This document shows positions 8,498 to 17,752 of a DNA stretch of 32,000 nucleotides, in pieces. Each line of letters opens with the position of its first letter. Positions within the stretch are counted from its first letter, which is position 1. The DNA is from Dysgonomonas gadei ATCC BAA-286. GTDB lineage: Bacteria; Bacteroidota; Bacteroidia; Bacteroidales; Dysgonomonadaceae. The DNA is taken from contig NZ_GL891988.1 in NCBI RefSeq assembly GCF_000213555.1, positions 77,823-109,822 on the forward strand, given 5' to 3'. The notes beneath the pieces are model-generated. The model was given only the letters and a program-made list of their open reading frames with translations. It did not search any database and was not told where the DNA came from. The translations under genes and the position numbers were made by a program.

Positions 8498-9541
8498 ATG
8501 AATAAAATAGATCACAGAAAGAAGCAATCGCATCTGGAGTATTTAAAAAAACTGCTCCTGATATCTCGCATATTCGAACTTTTTACTCAGGGTAAATTGG
8601 ACCGGGATAGTGAAAAGTTGGTCGAAGACTGGAATCCGGAAGATACCACCGAATATTATAAAGGAAACGAAGAATTGTTGGCAGAGGGGCGTAAACAAGC
8701 TAAAGAAAACATATTTTCAATACTTGGTATCCATAATCCGGATAAAAAGAAAAAAACACCAGTCTTTTTTATATACTTGCATAAATATGCAGTAGTTGCG
8801 GCTATTCTGATTATTGCTATCTTTTCAGGAATATATACAATTGATAAATTCTCAAATCAAAAGAGTAATCTCCTTTCAAATAATAACTTTAGTAGCCTGC
8901 TTTGCCAGACAGACAGCTATGAAATAAAACAAATAACATTACCTGACGGAACAATCCTGCATGCTAACCGCAACAGCAGGATATTATATATCGAACAAGA
9001 ATATAACCTTAGCAAACGTGAAATATGGATTGAGGACGGAGAAGCCTTCTTTGAGGTCGCTAAGAACCCTGAAAAACCCTTTATTATACATTCCGGAGAT
9101 ATACAAACCACTGTTAAAGGCACATCTTTTAATGTAAAAGCATATAAGGGAATCAGGAAAAATGAGGTTTCGGTACGTTCCGGCAAGGTCGAAGTGATTT
9201 GCGGTGATAAAAAAATAGGGACATTGGTTGCCAATCAACAAATTACCTATGATACACAGACCGGAGAATACAATGAAAGCTCCGGTAACTGGCAGGACGC
9301 AGCTGCCTGGATGCAAAATCGGCTGGTACTGAAGCAGGCAAATGTAGATGAACTGAGACTGAGGCTGAAACAGGTTTATGGTATAGATCTGGTCATTACA
9401 GGAGGAATTCTGGAACAAAATCATTTTAATGCATCTTATCCAAGAGATGCACAGATTGGGAATGTTTTACAAAACATTTCTGAAGTATACGATGTGAAAT
9501 ATAAGTTCGAAAACCCACAAAGAGTTATCATTTACAAATAG
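8498..9541 (+). CDS. FecR-family anti-sigma factor / transmembrane sensor
   Basis: Single TM (YAVVAAILIIAIFSGIY) and a FecR domain (ITLPDGTILHANRNSRILY...GEAFFEVAKNPEKPFIIHSGDIQTTVKGTSFNVKAY). ATG at 8498 is preferred over the in-frame GTG at 8456. Confidence 0.85.
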   Translation: MNKIDHRKKQSHLEYLKKLLLISRIFELFTQGKLDRDSEKLVEDWNPEDTTEYYKGNEELLAEGRKQAKENIFSILGIHNPDKKKKTPVFFIYLHKYAVVAAILIIAIFSGIYTIDKFSNQKSNLLSNNNFSSLLCQTDSYEIKQITLPDGTILHANRNSRILYIEQEYNLSKREIWIEDGEAFFEVAKNPEKPFIIHSGDIQTTVKGTSFNVKAYKGIRKNEVSVRSGKVEVICGDKKIGTLVANQQITYDTQTGEYNESSGNWQDAAAWMQNRLVLKQANVDELRLRLKQVYGIDLVITGGILEQNHFNASYPRDAQIGNVLQNISEVYDVKYKFENPQRVIIYK

Positions 9542-9718
9542 TACACACAATAGGGATATAACAGTTGATAGTCCCCTTTTGATTATTGGATTTTTTTACA
9601 AACAGAGTTTTTCTAAGAAGAAGAACGGCCATTTCCTTGTCTTATTTTATACAAGAATGAATCAATTTGAATATCTAATATATAGCTAAGTAACAAAAAA
9701 AAGAAGAGAAAATAACAA

Positions 9719-12700
9719 ATGAAAGAGTATCTAACAGTAAAAGTTTTCCGGTACATAATACTACTGGTCGTAGCAACGGGGTTACCAGTATGGCTGAACG
9801 CCCAGAATAATAAAATCCGGTTACCGGAAGAATCATTAAAAGCCCGTATAGAGAGGATTGCAGCGAATAGTGGTAAAAATATTATTTATGACGACAAATC
9901 ATTCAGCAATATTCAGGTTCCGGCAATAGACGGAGACAGCAAGGATATTAATTTACTATTGACTAAAAGCCTGGTTTCAACCGGATTCACATTTAAAAAT
10001 ATGCCGGATAATTCGATTGTTATAAAAAAGCGACAGGATGCAACAACTGAGACTGCGACACCCAAGGCAAGAGGCAGCCTGCAAGGTACAGTCCTCGATG
10101 AAAAAGGCGCACCTGTTATCGGAGCCACAGTCGGCGTTCCGGGAACGACTATCGGTACGGCTACAGATGCTGACGGTAAGTATAAATTATCGAATATATC
10201 TTCCGGGACTACGGATATTCAGATCAGCTTTATGTCTTTTGAAACATTAGTGGTAAAAGACGTGAAGATAACAGCAAATAAAATAACTCCTTTGGACGTC
10301 GTACTCAAGGAAGCTACAACCCAACTGGGGGAGGTTGTGGTAACAGCAACATACAATGAAGCGTCAGCAACAGGACTGTATGCCAGACAAAAGAACATGG
10401 CAGCCATGAGCGATGGTGTCAGTGCCGATATGATTAAAAAGACCAGCGACAATAATGTGGCTCAGGTGCTCAAGCGTGTATCGGGAGTTACCATCGACAA
10501 CGGAAAGTATGTGACTGTACGCGGTATGAGTGAGCGTTACAATAATGTGCAGCTCAACGGGGCTTCATTACCCAGTACCGAGCCTAACCGCCGCAACTTT
10601 GCTTTTGACGTAATCCCTTCAGGTTTGGTGGATAATGTGACTATCAGCAAAACTTTCAGTCCCGATATGCCGGGTGAATTTACCGGAGGATTGGTGGAAG
10701 TAAATACTTTGGCCGTTCCGGATGAGAAATTTCTGAACCTTGGTATCGGAACAGGGATGAATACGATCAGTACCGGAAAAGATTTTTACAGCAATAAACG
10801 TTTCGGAGCCGACTGGTTCCTGGGGGAAATCGATAAGCGGAAATGGTATTCCGGTAAAGATGAAGCGGCTACCGCACAGAATATCATCAATGCAGGACAG
10901 AAAAACACATATGGTTTGAGTAAATATACAGCGCAGCCGCTTCAGAACTATAGCCTGACGGCGGGGCTTCCTGTAGACCTGGGAAAAAGCTCTTTGGGCG
11001 TTGTGGCTGCTCTGACCTATCGTCACGAAGAAAACACGGAAGAAATCCTTGAAGCGCATATGATTACCCGCGACAGCATTTTTAAGCCATCGGGTAAAGG
11101 TTCATACCGCTATAAAGCAACCACAAGCATAGGGGCTGTGCTGAATACCGGCTGGCGAATGTCCGGACACAGTATTACTTGGCGCAACCTGTTCAATAAC
11201 CGGTTTAATCATACCAACCAGCAACGGTTTATTTATAAATATTATGAAGGTCAAAAGCTTGTGGAACAATACAGCGTACCCTTGATAAGTAGCCTGTGGC
11301 AAACTCAGTTAGACGGTAAGCACGACCTCTTCGGAGGAAAGTTGGTTGCCTCATGGAATGCTTCTTATAATGACATCATCCGGACAAACCCCGACGACCG
11401 TATGGCTCAGGGCGCTATTGTCGGGGAATCGCATGAAGGAGCCAGTTTTGCCGATTGGAACTGGGCTACCGGTTATGGAAATAGCTTTAATGTGGGGAGT
11501 GGACACATTATGTACAGCAGGTTGCATGAGACTAAAAAGAATATCGGAGCCAATCTGGAATATCCTTTTACGATAGATGGCAACCGTCAGAGTATCAAAG
11601 CCGGATACCTGGGCGCATTCCGCAGAGCCGGTTTTGAGCAACAATACCTGAAAGCGATGATAGAAGACAATGCTCCCAGGGCGATAGGACTACCTATAGA
11701 AGAGTATTATGCTCCGGAGCGCTTCGGCGGCAATCCTTTAGTATATGAGCTTTCCGGTATGCAAGCGACAAGAGCGGATTATTATACAGGGAGCCAGGAT
11801 ATCCATGCCGGCTATCTGATGGGTGATCTCAGTTTCTTTAAAAAATTACGGTTGATCGGAGGTGTACGCATGGAGAAAACAGATATGACCGTAACTACCG
11901 AGATATTAGAAAAAATAGTAGGGGCGACCCCCAAAGACAGTACTGTAATCATCAAAAAAACAGACTGGCTGCCGGCTGCGACCCTCATATACAGCATAAC
12001 ACCCGAACTGAATGCCCGCGCCTCATACAGTAAAACCCTTGCCCGTCCGGATTTCAGGGAATTGTCCCAGTCAAAGTATTATAACGTGGATGACCGCGTA
12101 TGGGTAATTAACGGTTCCGGCCTCGAACAAAGCCGCATCCATAATTACGATGTCCGGGTAGAATGGTATCCACGTCCGGGGGAAGTATTATCTGTCAGCT
12201 ATTTCCGGAAGAAATTTATCAAGCCGGTGGAAATGGTTATGCGTATGCTAAGCGATGCGCAGAACTTTGAAATGTATAGTATGAACCTTGATAACTCTAC
12301 GGCCAAAGGTTTTGAGCTCAACTGGCGTAAAGAATTAGGATTTATTTCCCCGTTGCTGCATGACCTCTATTTCACGGGAAACTATACATGGATGGAAGCC
12401 AATGTAAAGTATAATCAGGAGAAACTATTAAATCCGAATATAGAAGATTCTAATCCGGACTTCGACCGTGACCGCCCCTTACAGGGATTAAGTCCCTATA
12501 CCCTCAATCTGGGAATTGCTTATGAGGGAAGCATAATCGGCGCTGCTGTCAACTACAACCGCAACGGGCGTAAACTGGTGTATGCAGGGGAAGAGACAAA
12601 GTATGACCAGTATGAAAATTCACGGGATGTATTAGACCTGCAACTTTCAGCACGTTTGATGAAAGATCAGCGTCTGGAATTAAAGTTCAATATATCCGAC

Positions 12701-12901
12701 ATCTTCAATCAGGATTTTATTGTGTACCGTAACACACGGGTAGTAGATTATACCGCAGAGAATCCCAATCCGGATACCGGAACCGCCGGTACTTACTACC
12801 TCGATCTGACAGGTGATATGGATTACAACAAAGGCGATTACATAATGAGCCGGATAAAGAAAGGTATAAATCTGTCAATAAGCGCAAGTTATAAATTTTA
12901 G
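9719..12901 (+). CDS. TonB-dependent receptor/transducer with an N-terminal STN signalling domain and a CarboxypepD_reg-like domain
   Basis: 1060 aa. Signal peptide WLNAQ. STN-like LKARIERIAANSGKNIIYDD...NSIVIKK. GTVLDEKGAPVIGATVGVPGTTIGTATDADGKYKL. Plug region VAQVLKRVSGVTIDNGKYVTVRGMSERYNNVQLNG. C-terminal SASYKF. Confidence 0.9.
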   Translation: MKEYLTVKVFRYIILLVVATGLPVWLNAQNNKIRLPEESLKARIERIAANSGKNIIYDDKSFSNIQVPAIDGDSKDINLLLTKSLVSTGFTFKNMPDNSIVIKKRQDATTETATPKARGSLQGTVLDEKGAPVIGATVGVPGTTIGTATDADGKYKLSNISSGTTDIQISFMSFETLVVKDVKITANKITPLDVVLKEATTQLGEVVVTATYNEASATGLYARQKNMAAMSDGVSADMIKKTSDNNVAQVLKRVSGVTIDNGKYVTVRGMSERYNNVQLNGASLPSTEPNRRNFAFDVIPSGLVDNVTISKTFSPDMPGEFTGGLVEVNTLAVPDEKFLNLGIGTGMNTISTGKDFYSNKRFGADWFLGEIDKRKWYSGKDEAATAQNIINAGQKNTYGLSKYTAQPLQNYSLTAGLPVDLGKSSLGVVAALTYRHEENTEEILEAHMITRDSIFKPSGKGSYRYKATTSIGAVLNTGWRMSGHSITWRNLFNNRFNHTNQQRFIYKYYEGQKLVEQYSVPLISSLWQTQLDGKHDLFGGKLVASWNASYNDIIRTNPDDRMAQGAIVGESHEGASFADWNWATGYGNSFNVGSGHIMYSRLHETKKNIGANLEYPFTIDGNRQSIKAGYLGAFRRAGFEQQYLKAMIEDNAPRAIGLPIEEYYAPERFGGNPLVYELSGMQATRADYYTGSQDIHAGYLMGDLSFFKKLRLIGGVRMEKTDMTVTTEILEKIVGATPKDSTVIIKKTDWLPAATLIYSITPELNARASYSKTLARPDFRELSQSKYYNVDDRVWVINGSGLEQSRIHNYDVRVEWYPRPGEVLSVSYFRKKFIKPVEMVMRMLSDAQNFEMYSMNLDNSTAKGFELNWRKELGFISPLLHDLYFTGNYTWMEANVKYNQEKLLNPNIEDSNPDFDRDRPLQGLSPYTLNLGIAYEGSIIGAAVNYNRNGRKLVYAGEETKYDQYENSRDVLDLQLSARLMKDQRLELKFNISDIFNQDFIVYRNTRVVDYTAENPNPDTGTAGTYYLDLTGDMDYNKGDYIMSRIKKGINLSISASYKF

Positions 12902-13236
12902 TAAATAATAATCATCAGGTGAGACGTCACCGGTGTAAGAATAGATGGGTACTTATCGCGTGTGCAGGGAGAATAGATCAACCGTTTTGACGTTTGCCGA
13001 AACCTGGAATATACAATGGAAGAAATAAGAGGCTTTTACCTTTAAGAAGGAAAAGACCAATGCATAAAAAAGCATGTTCATCGTTTTCCGCAAAGCAACA
13101 AAACAACGTTTTCCAGAGGGTCGTTTTACGGACATTTTACACCGGAAATGAAAGCGTATCCGTTTTTCCCAGCTAGAAGTAAAAACCGAAAATGTTAATT
13201 AAAAGGGGAAATTTAAAACACTTAAAAGTAAAAAAA

Positions 13237-14538
13237 ATGAAAAAGCTTATTTTTTTCTTGGCTGTAACAGTAGTATCTGTTTTATTTACAGGATGCTCTA
13301 ATGAGATAACGGATGAAGGCCCTGCAAATGTGGCAACGAAAGCGACGGTAACCATCCCTCACAATACAATCATCACTTCAGATGTTACGTGGAGTAATAC
13401 GAATGAGTATATCCTGAACGGGAAAGTCTATGTAAAGGCACCTGCCACACTGACTATTCAGGCAGGAACTACAGTGAAAGGTGTATATAATGCCGATCCG
13501 GAACTGGCCTCTGCCTTAGTCGTAACACGCGGAGCAAAAATCAGCGCTATCGGTACTTTAACCAGTCCGGTAATCCTGACTGCCCAAAATGGACAGGAAG
13601 GCGGTTGGGGAGGACTTGTTCTTCTTGGGAAAGCTCCTCTTAACAGAGTCGATCAGTTGATAGAAGGTATTAATCCTTCCGTTGTGCCTTCAGGCGTTGA
13701 CGTGTATTACGGAGGAGGCGGAGCCGGACTAGGTGATGCTGACGACAATTCAGGAACATTACGCTATGTACGTGTGGAATACGCCGGGGCTAAAATCTCA
13801 GAAGCGAATGAATTAAATGCCTTTACTTTCGGAGGAGTAGGCCGCGGAACAACATTAGACCATTTACAAGCTTACCGCGGAGCTGATGATGCATTTGAAT
13901 TTTTCGGAGGGACTGCAGATGCTAAATATCTGGTTTCTACCGCGACAGACGATGATGCTTTTGACTTCGATTTCGGTTACCGGGGGCGTATCCAGTTTGC
14001 CGTTTCCACTATTGATCCTTCATTGAGCTATTCCAGCGATCCTAATGGTATCGAGTGTGATAATGACGGAACCGGATCAGCGGCAGAACCTTTTACGCAT
14101 CCTACATTAAGTAACCTTACAATCAGCGGTACACAATCAGGTTCGGCAGCCAATGCTTTAAAGTCTGCAGCTAACTTCCGTAGAAATGCACAGTTCACTT
14201 TAGTAAACAGTGTACTTTATGGATTCCCTTCAGGCGTGCTCAAAGAAACAACCAACTCGTTCACATTATTGAATAATGTGGTTTCTTCTACAGTTGCTAA
14301 TCAGGAATTCAACGCGTTTACTCCTGATGTAAGCAATCTTGCCAGAGCCTGGAATAATCTGATTCTCTCTAGTCCATTTGGCGCATACAAATCAAGCGCT
14401 CTGCAACCTACCGGTGGCGCAGCAATAGATGGAAGTTACTATTCACATACAGATACCTGGTTTACCAATACACAATATAAAGGTGCTTTAGGTAGTAGCG
14501 GTGCTAACTGGTTAACACAAGGAAGCTGGGTGAGATAA
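13237..14538 (+). CDS. Hypothetical surface lipoprotein with beta-helix-like Gly/Asp repeats (TBDT partner candidate)
   Basis: ATG at 13237 gives MKKLIFFLAVTVVSVLFTGC|SNEITDEG (lipobox plus acidic tail). Repeated motifs FGGVGRGTTLDHL, DDAFEFFGGT and DDDAFDFDFGY. I recognise no characterised family. Confidence 0.7.
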   Translation: MKKLIFFLAVTVVSVLFTGCSNEITDEGPANVATKATVTIPHNTIITSDVTWSNTNEYILNGKVYVKAPATLTIQAGTTVKGVYNADPELASALVVTRGAKISAIGTLTSPVILTAQNGQEGGWGGLVLLGKAPLNRVDQLIEGINPSVVPSGVDVYYGGGGAGLGDADDNSGTLRYVRVEYAGAKISEANELNAFTFGGVGRGTTLDHLQAYRGADDAFEFFGGTADAKYLVSTATDDDAFDFDFGYRGRIQFAVSTIDPSLSYSSDPNGIECDNDGTGSAAEPFTHPTLSNLTISGTQSGSAANALKSAANFRRNAQFTLVNSVLYGFPSGVLKETTNSFTLLNNVVSSTVANQEFNAFTPDVSNLARAWNNLILSSPFGAYKSSALQPTGGAAIDGSYYSHTDTWFTNTQYKGALGSSGANWLTQGSWVR

Positions 14539-14644
14539 CGGATAATGAAAAGATCAAATTCTGATTAAATAAACAAATAAACAGGAGTACATACCGGTGG
14601 GTACCTATCGGTTATGTACCCTGTTTGAAAATAAATATAAACAA

Positions 14645-15679
14645 ATGAGACAAAAAATATGGATGGGTATTATCTGCCTCTTCCTTCTTTCAATAACGAG
14701 TTGTAGTACAGATGAAGAATTAAATGACACAGTTGATGGATTTTATACATTAAATGCTGACTTTGTCTCCCCTTCCAATATCAGAAACAATTACGCTATA
14801 TTGTTTAATAATGATACAATAAAGAATACATACTATGTAGGCAGGGCCAATCCCTCCGGAATATTGACGGTCTTTGAAAAAGGAAGCAAAGAGCCGGTTT
14901 ATACGGAAGAGTTGAAGCTGGCAAGCAATATGAATGTTCAATTCATCAAACTTGGAGACAAAATAGATACCTATTCCGATGATAAATACACGAAATTCAG
15001 CCTGGATATAAAATGGGCTACAAATGAAGACCGGGACAAATATAAAGCAACTTTTAATGGTTCTGAATTAAATACAGAGCAGGGGAATATCAATTATGTA
15101 TTGACAGAAGCGCTAACGGGCTCATTGCAACTGAAAAAGATAGATGACGGAAATTTAGTACTCGACAGGGAAATAACTGTGGAACCAAATGGAACGTTTA
15201 CATTCTTACAGTTGTCATCTACTGAATTTTTAGCTATGCCTCCGGGAGATGAAGAAGACCCTGAGTCAAATGATTATAAAAAGATAAGAGTATACTACAC
15301 CATAACAGACGACTTAAGGGAAGAATCTTATACAATTAAATTCTATACCTTCGATTCATGGTTATACGATAAAGAACAGGTGGTAGATATTGGCTATGAA
15401 TTTGAAATTAAAGCAGGGGAATTATCTCCTTATATTTTAGTGTACGGACGTACTTTTGAAAACGAAAATGGTGATGGCGGGCCGGCTTTCCTTACATACG
15501 ATCTGATTGCAAAAGACGGGACTGTAGTAAGGGAACATGATCCAAACCAAACAGGAATAACCTTTAATGATCCGGATTGGGGCGGAGGAGATTATTACAA
15601 ATATTTAAATAAGTTTGAGACTTACAATATAAATTTTATTGGAGCTGGAACCTTAGTCTTAGAAGAAAAATGGGAATAA
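14645..15679 (+). CDS. Hypothetical surface lipoprotein (orphan)
   Basis: ATG at 14645 gives MRQKIWMGIICLFLLSITSC|STDEELND (lipobox plus acidic tail). D/E/K/Y/T-rich with predicted beta-rich composition. An in-frame GTG at 14597 is an alternative start. Confidence 0.65.
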   Translation: MRQKIWMGIICLFLLSITSCSTDEELNDTVDGFYTLNADFVSPSNIRNNYAILFNNDTIKNTYYVGRANPSGILTVFEKGSKEPVYTEELKLASNMNVQFIKLGDKIDTYSDDKYTKFSLDIKWATNEDRDKYKATFNGSELNTEQGNINYVLTEALTGSLQLKKIDDGNLVLDREITVEPNGTFTFLQLSSTEFLAMPPGDEEDPESNDYKKIRVYYTITDDLREESYTIKFYTFDSWLYDKEQVVDIGYEFEIKAGELSPYILVYGRTFENENGDGGPAFLTYDLIAKDGTVVREHDPNQTGITFNDPDWGGGDYYKYLNKFETYNINFIGAGTLVLEEKWE

Positions 15680-15920
15680 TTATTTTTATTCTATCATTAA
15701 TGTTGATTAACAGGATTTTAGAGCAAGTGAAGCTGAATTTTTCCGGAAAAGTTTATCTATGTAGGTAAGCTGGTAGCCTTTAGCTGGTAGCTGATAGCTC
15801 TTTGAAGGAATGAATAAGCCCCCTCAATCCCCCAAGGGGGACTTACAGAGAGGGAAAAAGTAGCAGGAGAAAAGAGAGGGAAAATATGTAACTTTTGTAA
15901 CCTTTGTTACCTTTTTGGAA

Positions 15921-15988
15921 TTGTAGGGGTGCCCCTTGTGGGTACCCGCTAATAGCAATAACGGGCGACCACAAGGGGGCACCTACAA
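15921..15988. repeat. Long imperfect hairpin embedded in repeat copy B
   Basis: Left arm ttgtaggggtgccccttgtgg (15921-15941) pairs with right arm ccacaagggggcacctacaa (15969-15988). About 20 bp pair, with small bulges. The loop itself contains cccg...cggg. This module is absent from copy A. Confidence 0.75.
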
Positions 15989-15996
15989 AGAATGCA

Positions 15997-16086
15997 AAAT
16001 GTGTTACCTTTGTTACCTTTTTCATTTTAACCACGGAGTCAAAGGAGTAACACGGAGTTTTTAATAAACGGGATGCTTCGCTTCAC
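15997..16086 (+). repeat. ~90-nt conserved core of the repeat family (copy B)
   Basis: aaaatgtgttacctttgttacctttttcattttaaccacggagtcaaaggagtaacacggagtttttaataaacgggatgcttcgcttcac aligns with 1577-1667. Confidence 0.85.
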
Positions 16087-16397
16087 TCAGCATGACAGGG
16101 TATAAGAGTCCTCAAAAGGCTAACGGCTAAAAGCTATCCGCTAATAGCTAATTCTGTTACTGATGACTGCTAACTGTTCACTGATTTCGTGTTACTTCTG
16201 TTACTTTTTAACCATATATGGTTAATATATGTAAAAATAATAGTATAAAAACAGTAAATAAAGTGTCAGATGTGTCAGGTTTTAACGCTATATAGTTAAT
16301 TAATGTAAAACTAATTAATAGTTATAACTATTGATTTTGTGCACTACCCTGATAGAACTAATGGCTTTGTAATACATTGTATAATCTCCTGTATATT

Positions 16398-17624
16398 ATG
16401 AAAGATAAGAGTCTTTTACATATTTGGTTTCAAAAACGGGGAAGTTATCTTGTCATATCCCTTTTTGCATTATTGTTTATGACAGGATGCTCTTCTGACG
16501 ATGATGATACTGTTCCTGTTGCGATTTCATACACGACATTGATTTATATGGCCGCAGATAATTCATTGGACAGTGATGTGGATTATACTATCGCGAAAAT
16601 AAAAGAAGGAGCTAAGAAAAGTGCAGGAACAGCAGTGATATATGTAGACAGGAAAGACGCTTCCCCACGGCTTTTCAAAGTCAATAGGGACGGGACAGAA
16701 ACCGTCCTGAAAAGCTATGAAGAAGAAAATTCCGCGGATGCTGAAACATTGGTACGTGTCATTCAGGAAACAAAGCAATTGGTGCCTTCCGAAACATTCG
16801 GGCTGGTAATCTGGTCGCATTCTATGGGCTGGTACCCTGCCACTTATATCGAAGAAGAGAGTAATGAAAATATCAGGTTGAAATATGTAGCCATCGATGA
16901 AAATCCCGATATACCGGAAAGCTCCATTTCTTTTATGGAAGTGGATGACATGGCAAAAGCATTGCCGGACAAAGTAGCCGAATATATCTGGTTCGATGTC
17001 TGCCTGATGGGGACAGTGGAGGGCTTGTATGAGTTTCGCAGTAAGGCGGATTACCTTGTGGCTTCACCGACAGAGGTATTGTTTGCAGCAGATTACGATG
17101 CCTCGGGTGTTCCTTATGCTAAGGTTCTGCCATTACTGTTTGGGGGTAAGAACGAATTGACGGATGCCTGTAAAATCTATTACAGGCATTATAACGAAAT
17201 GAAATATGAAATTCTTCGTTCGGCAAGCATTACGTTGATAGATGCCAAAGAGTTGGATGGGTTATACGCGGAAACAGAGAAAATTCTTTCGGGGAAATTA
17301 TTGGATATTGAAAATATGACAACCGAAGGTATTCAGACATATCATACTAAAAATATCCCGCAGATATTTTTCGATTTCGCAAACTTTATCAAAGTAAGCA
17401 GTACAACAGAGCAATACAGTTCATTCGAAAAACAGCTTTCCCGGGTTGTCCTTTATAAAGCGGCCACAGCTACTTTTATGGTCAGCGCGGATAATAAGTT
17501 TAGCATCGATCCGGCAAAATTTAGCGGGTTGAGTGTATATATCCCTTTGCTGAGGTGGAAAGGGACGAATGATTACCGGTATTATTTCTCACGGATGGAA
17601 TGGAGTGAAGTATATGGAGAATAA
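16398..17624 (+). CDS. Clostripain-related cysteine peptidase (family C11, clan CD), surface lipoprotein
   Basis: ATG at 16398 gives ...LFALLFMTGC|SSDDDDTV. C11 pattern LIYMAADNSLD. Catalytic-His context VIWSHSMGW (His codon 16818-16820) and catalytic-Cys context IWFDVCLMGTVEG (Cys codon 17001-17003). Confidence 0.8.
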   Translation: MKDKSLLHIWFQKRGSYLVISLFALLFMTGCSSDDDDTVPVAISYTTLIYMAADNSLDSDVDYTIAKIKEGAKKSAGTAVIYVDRKDASPRLFKVNRDGTETVLKSYEEENSADAETLVRVIQETKQLVPSETFGLVIWSHSMGWYPATYIEEESNENIRLKYVAIDENPDIPESSISFMEVDDMAKALPDKVAEYIWFDVCLMGTVEGLYEFRSKADYLVASPTEVLFAADYDASGVPYAKVLPLLFGGKNELTDACKIYYRHYNEMKYEILRSASITLIDAKELDGLYAETEKILSGKLLDIENMTTEGIQTYHTKNIPQIFFDFANFIKVSSTTEQYSSFEKQLSRVVLYKAATATFMVSADNKFSIDPAKFSGLSVYIPLLRWKGTNDYRYYFSRMEWSEVYGE

Positions 17625-17752
17625 GTAATCTTTAAATTGAAACTAAATTACTTCTTCCAGAGATGCATACGATAATATTTATCAGGATGTATCGGTAAAG
17701 TTGAGACTGCATTCTTTCATAAATTTGATCTGGCAGCAAATGAGAAAATAGT

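Larger units (their letters stand above)
15768..16283. repeat. Mosaic intergenic repeat, copy B (same module family as 1505-1908)
   Basis: AGCTG/AGCCT word array at 15768-15800. Triple GTAAC word at 15888-15916. GTTACCTTTGTTACCTTTTT at 16003-16022 and the variant GTTACTTCTGTTACTTTTT at 16191-16209. GCTAA word array at 16116-16153. ACTG word array at 16155-16186. GTGTCAGATGTGTCAGGTTTT at 16263-16283. Confidence 0.85.

Noticed and set aside
12953-13176. Two overlapping 60-aa ORFs on opposite strands in the TBDT-lipoprotein spacer
   Set aside because: They have non-ATG or weak starts and highly basic, low-complexity composition. They are mutually exclusive antisense partners, which is more consistent with non-coding spacer.
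15843-16034. 63-aa minus-strand ORF (MVKMKKVTKVTHF...)
   Set aside because: It lies entirely inside repeat copy B. Its peptide is just the translation of the GTTACC word repeats and the hairpin arms. It has no signal of a real gene.
1505-16283. Possibility that the doubled-word repeats are CRISPR arrays
   Set aside because: The repeat units are only 6-8 nt with 2-4 nt spacers. There are no 25-40 nt repeat/spacer periodicity and no cas genes.
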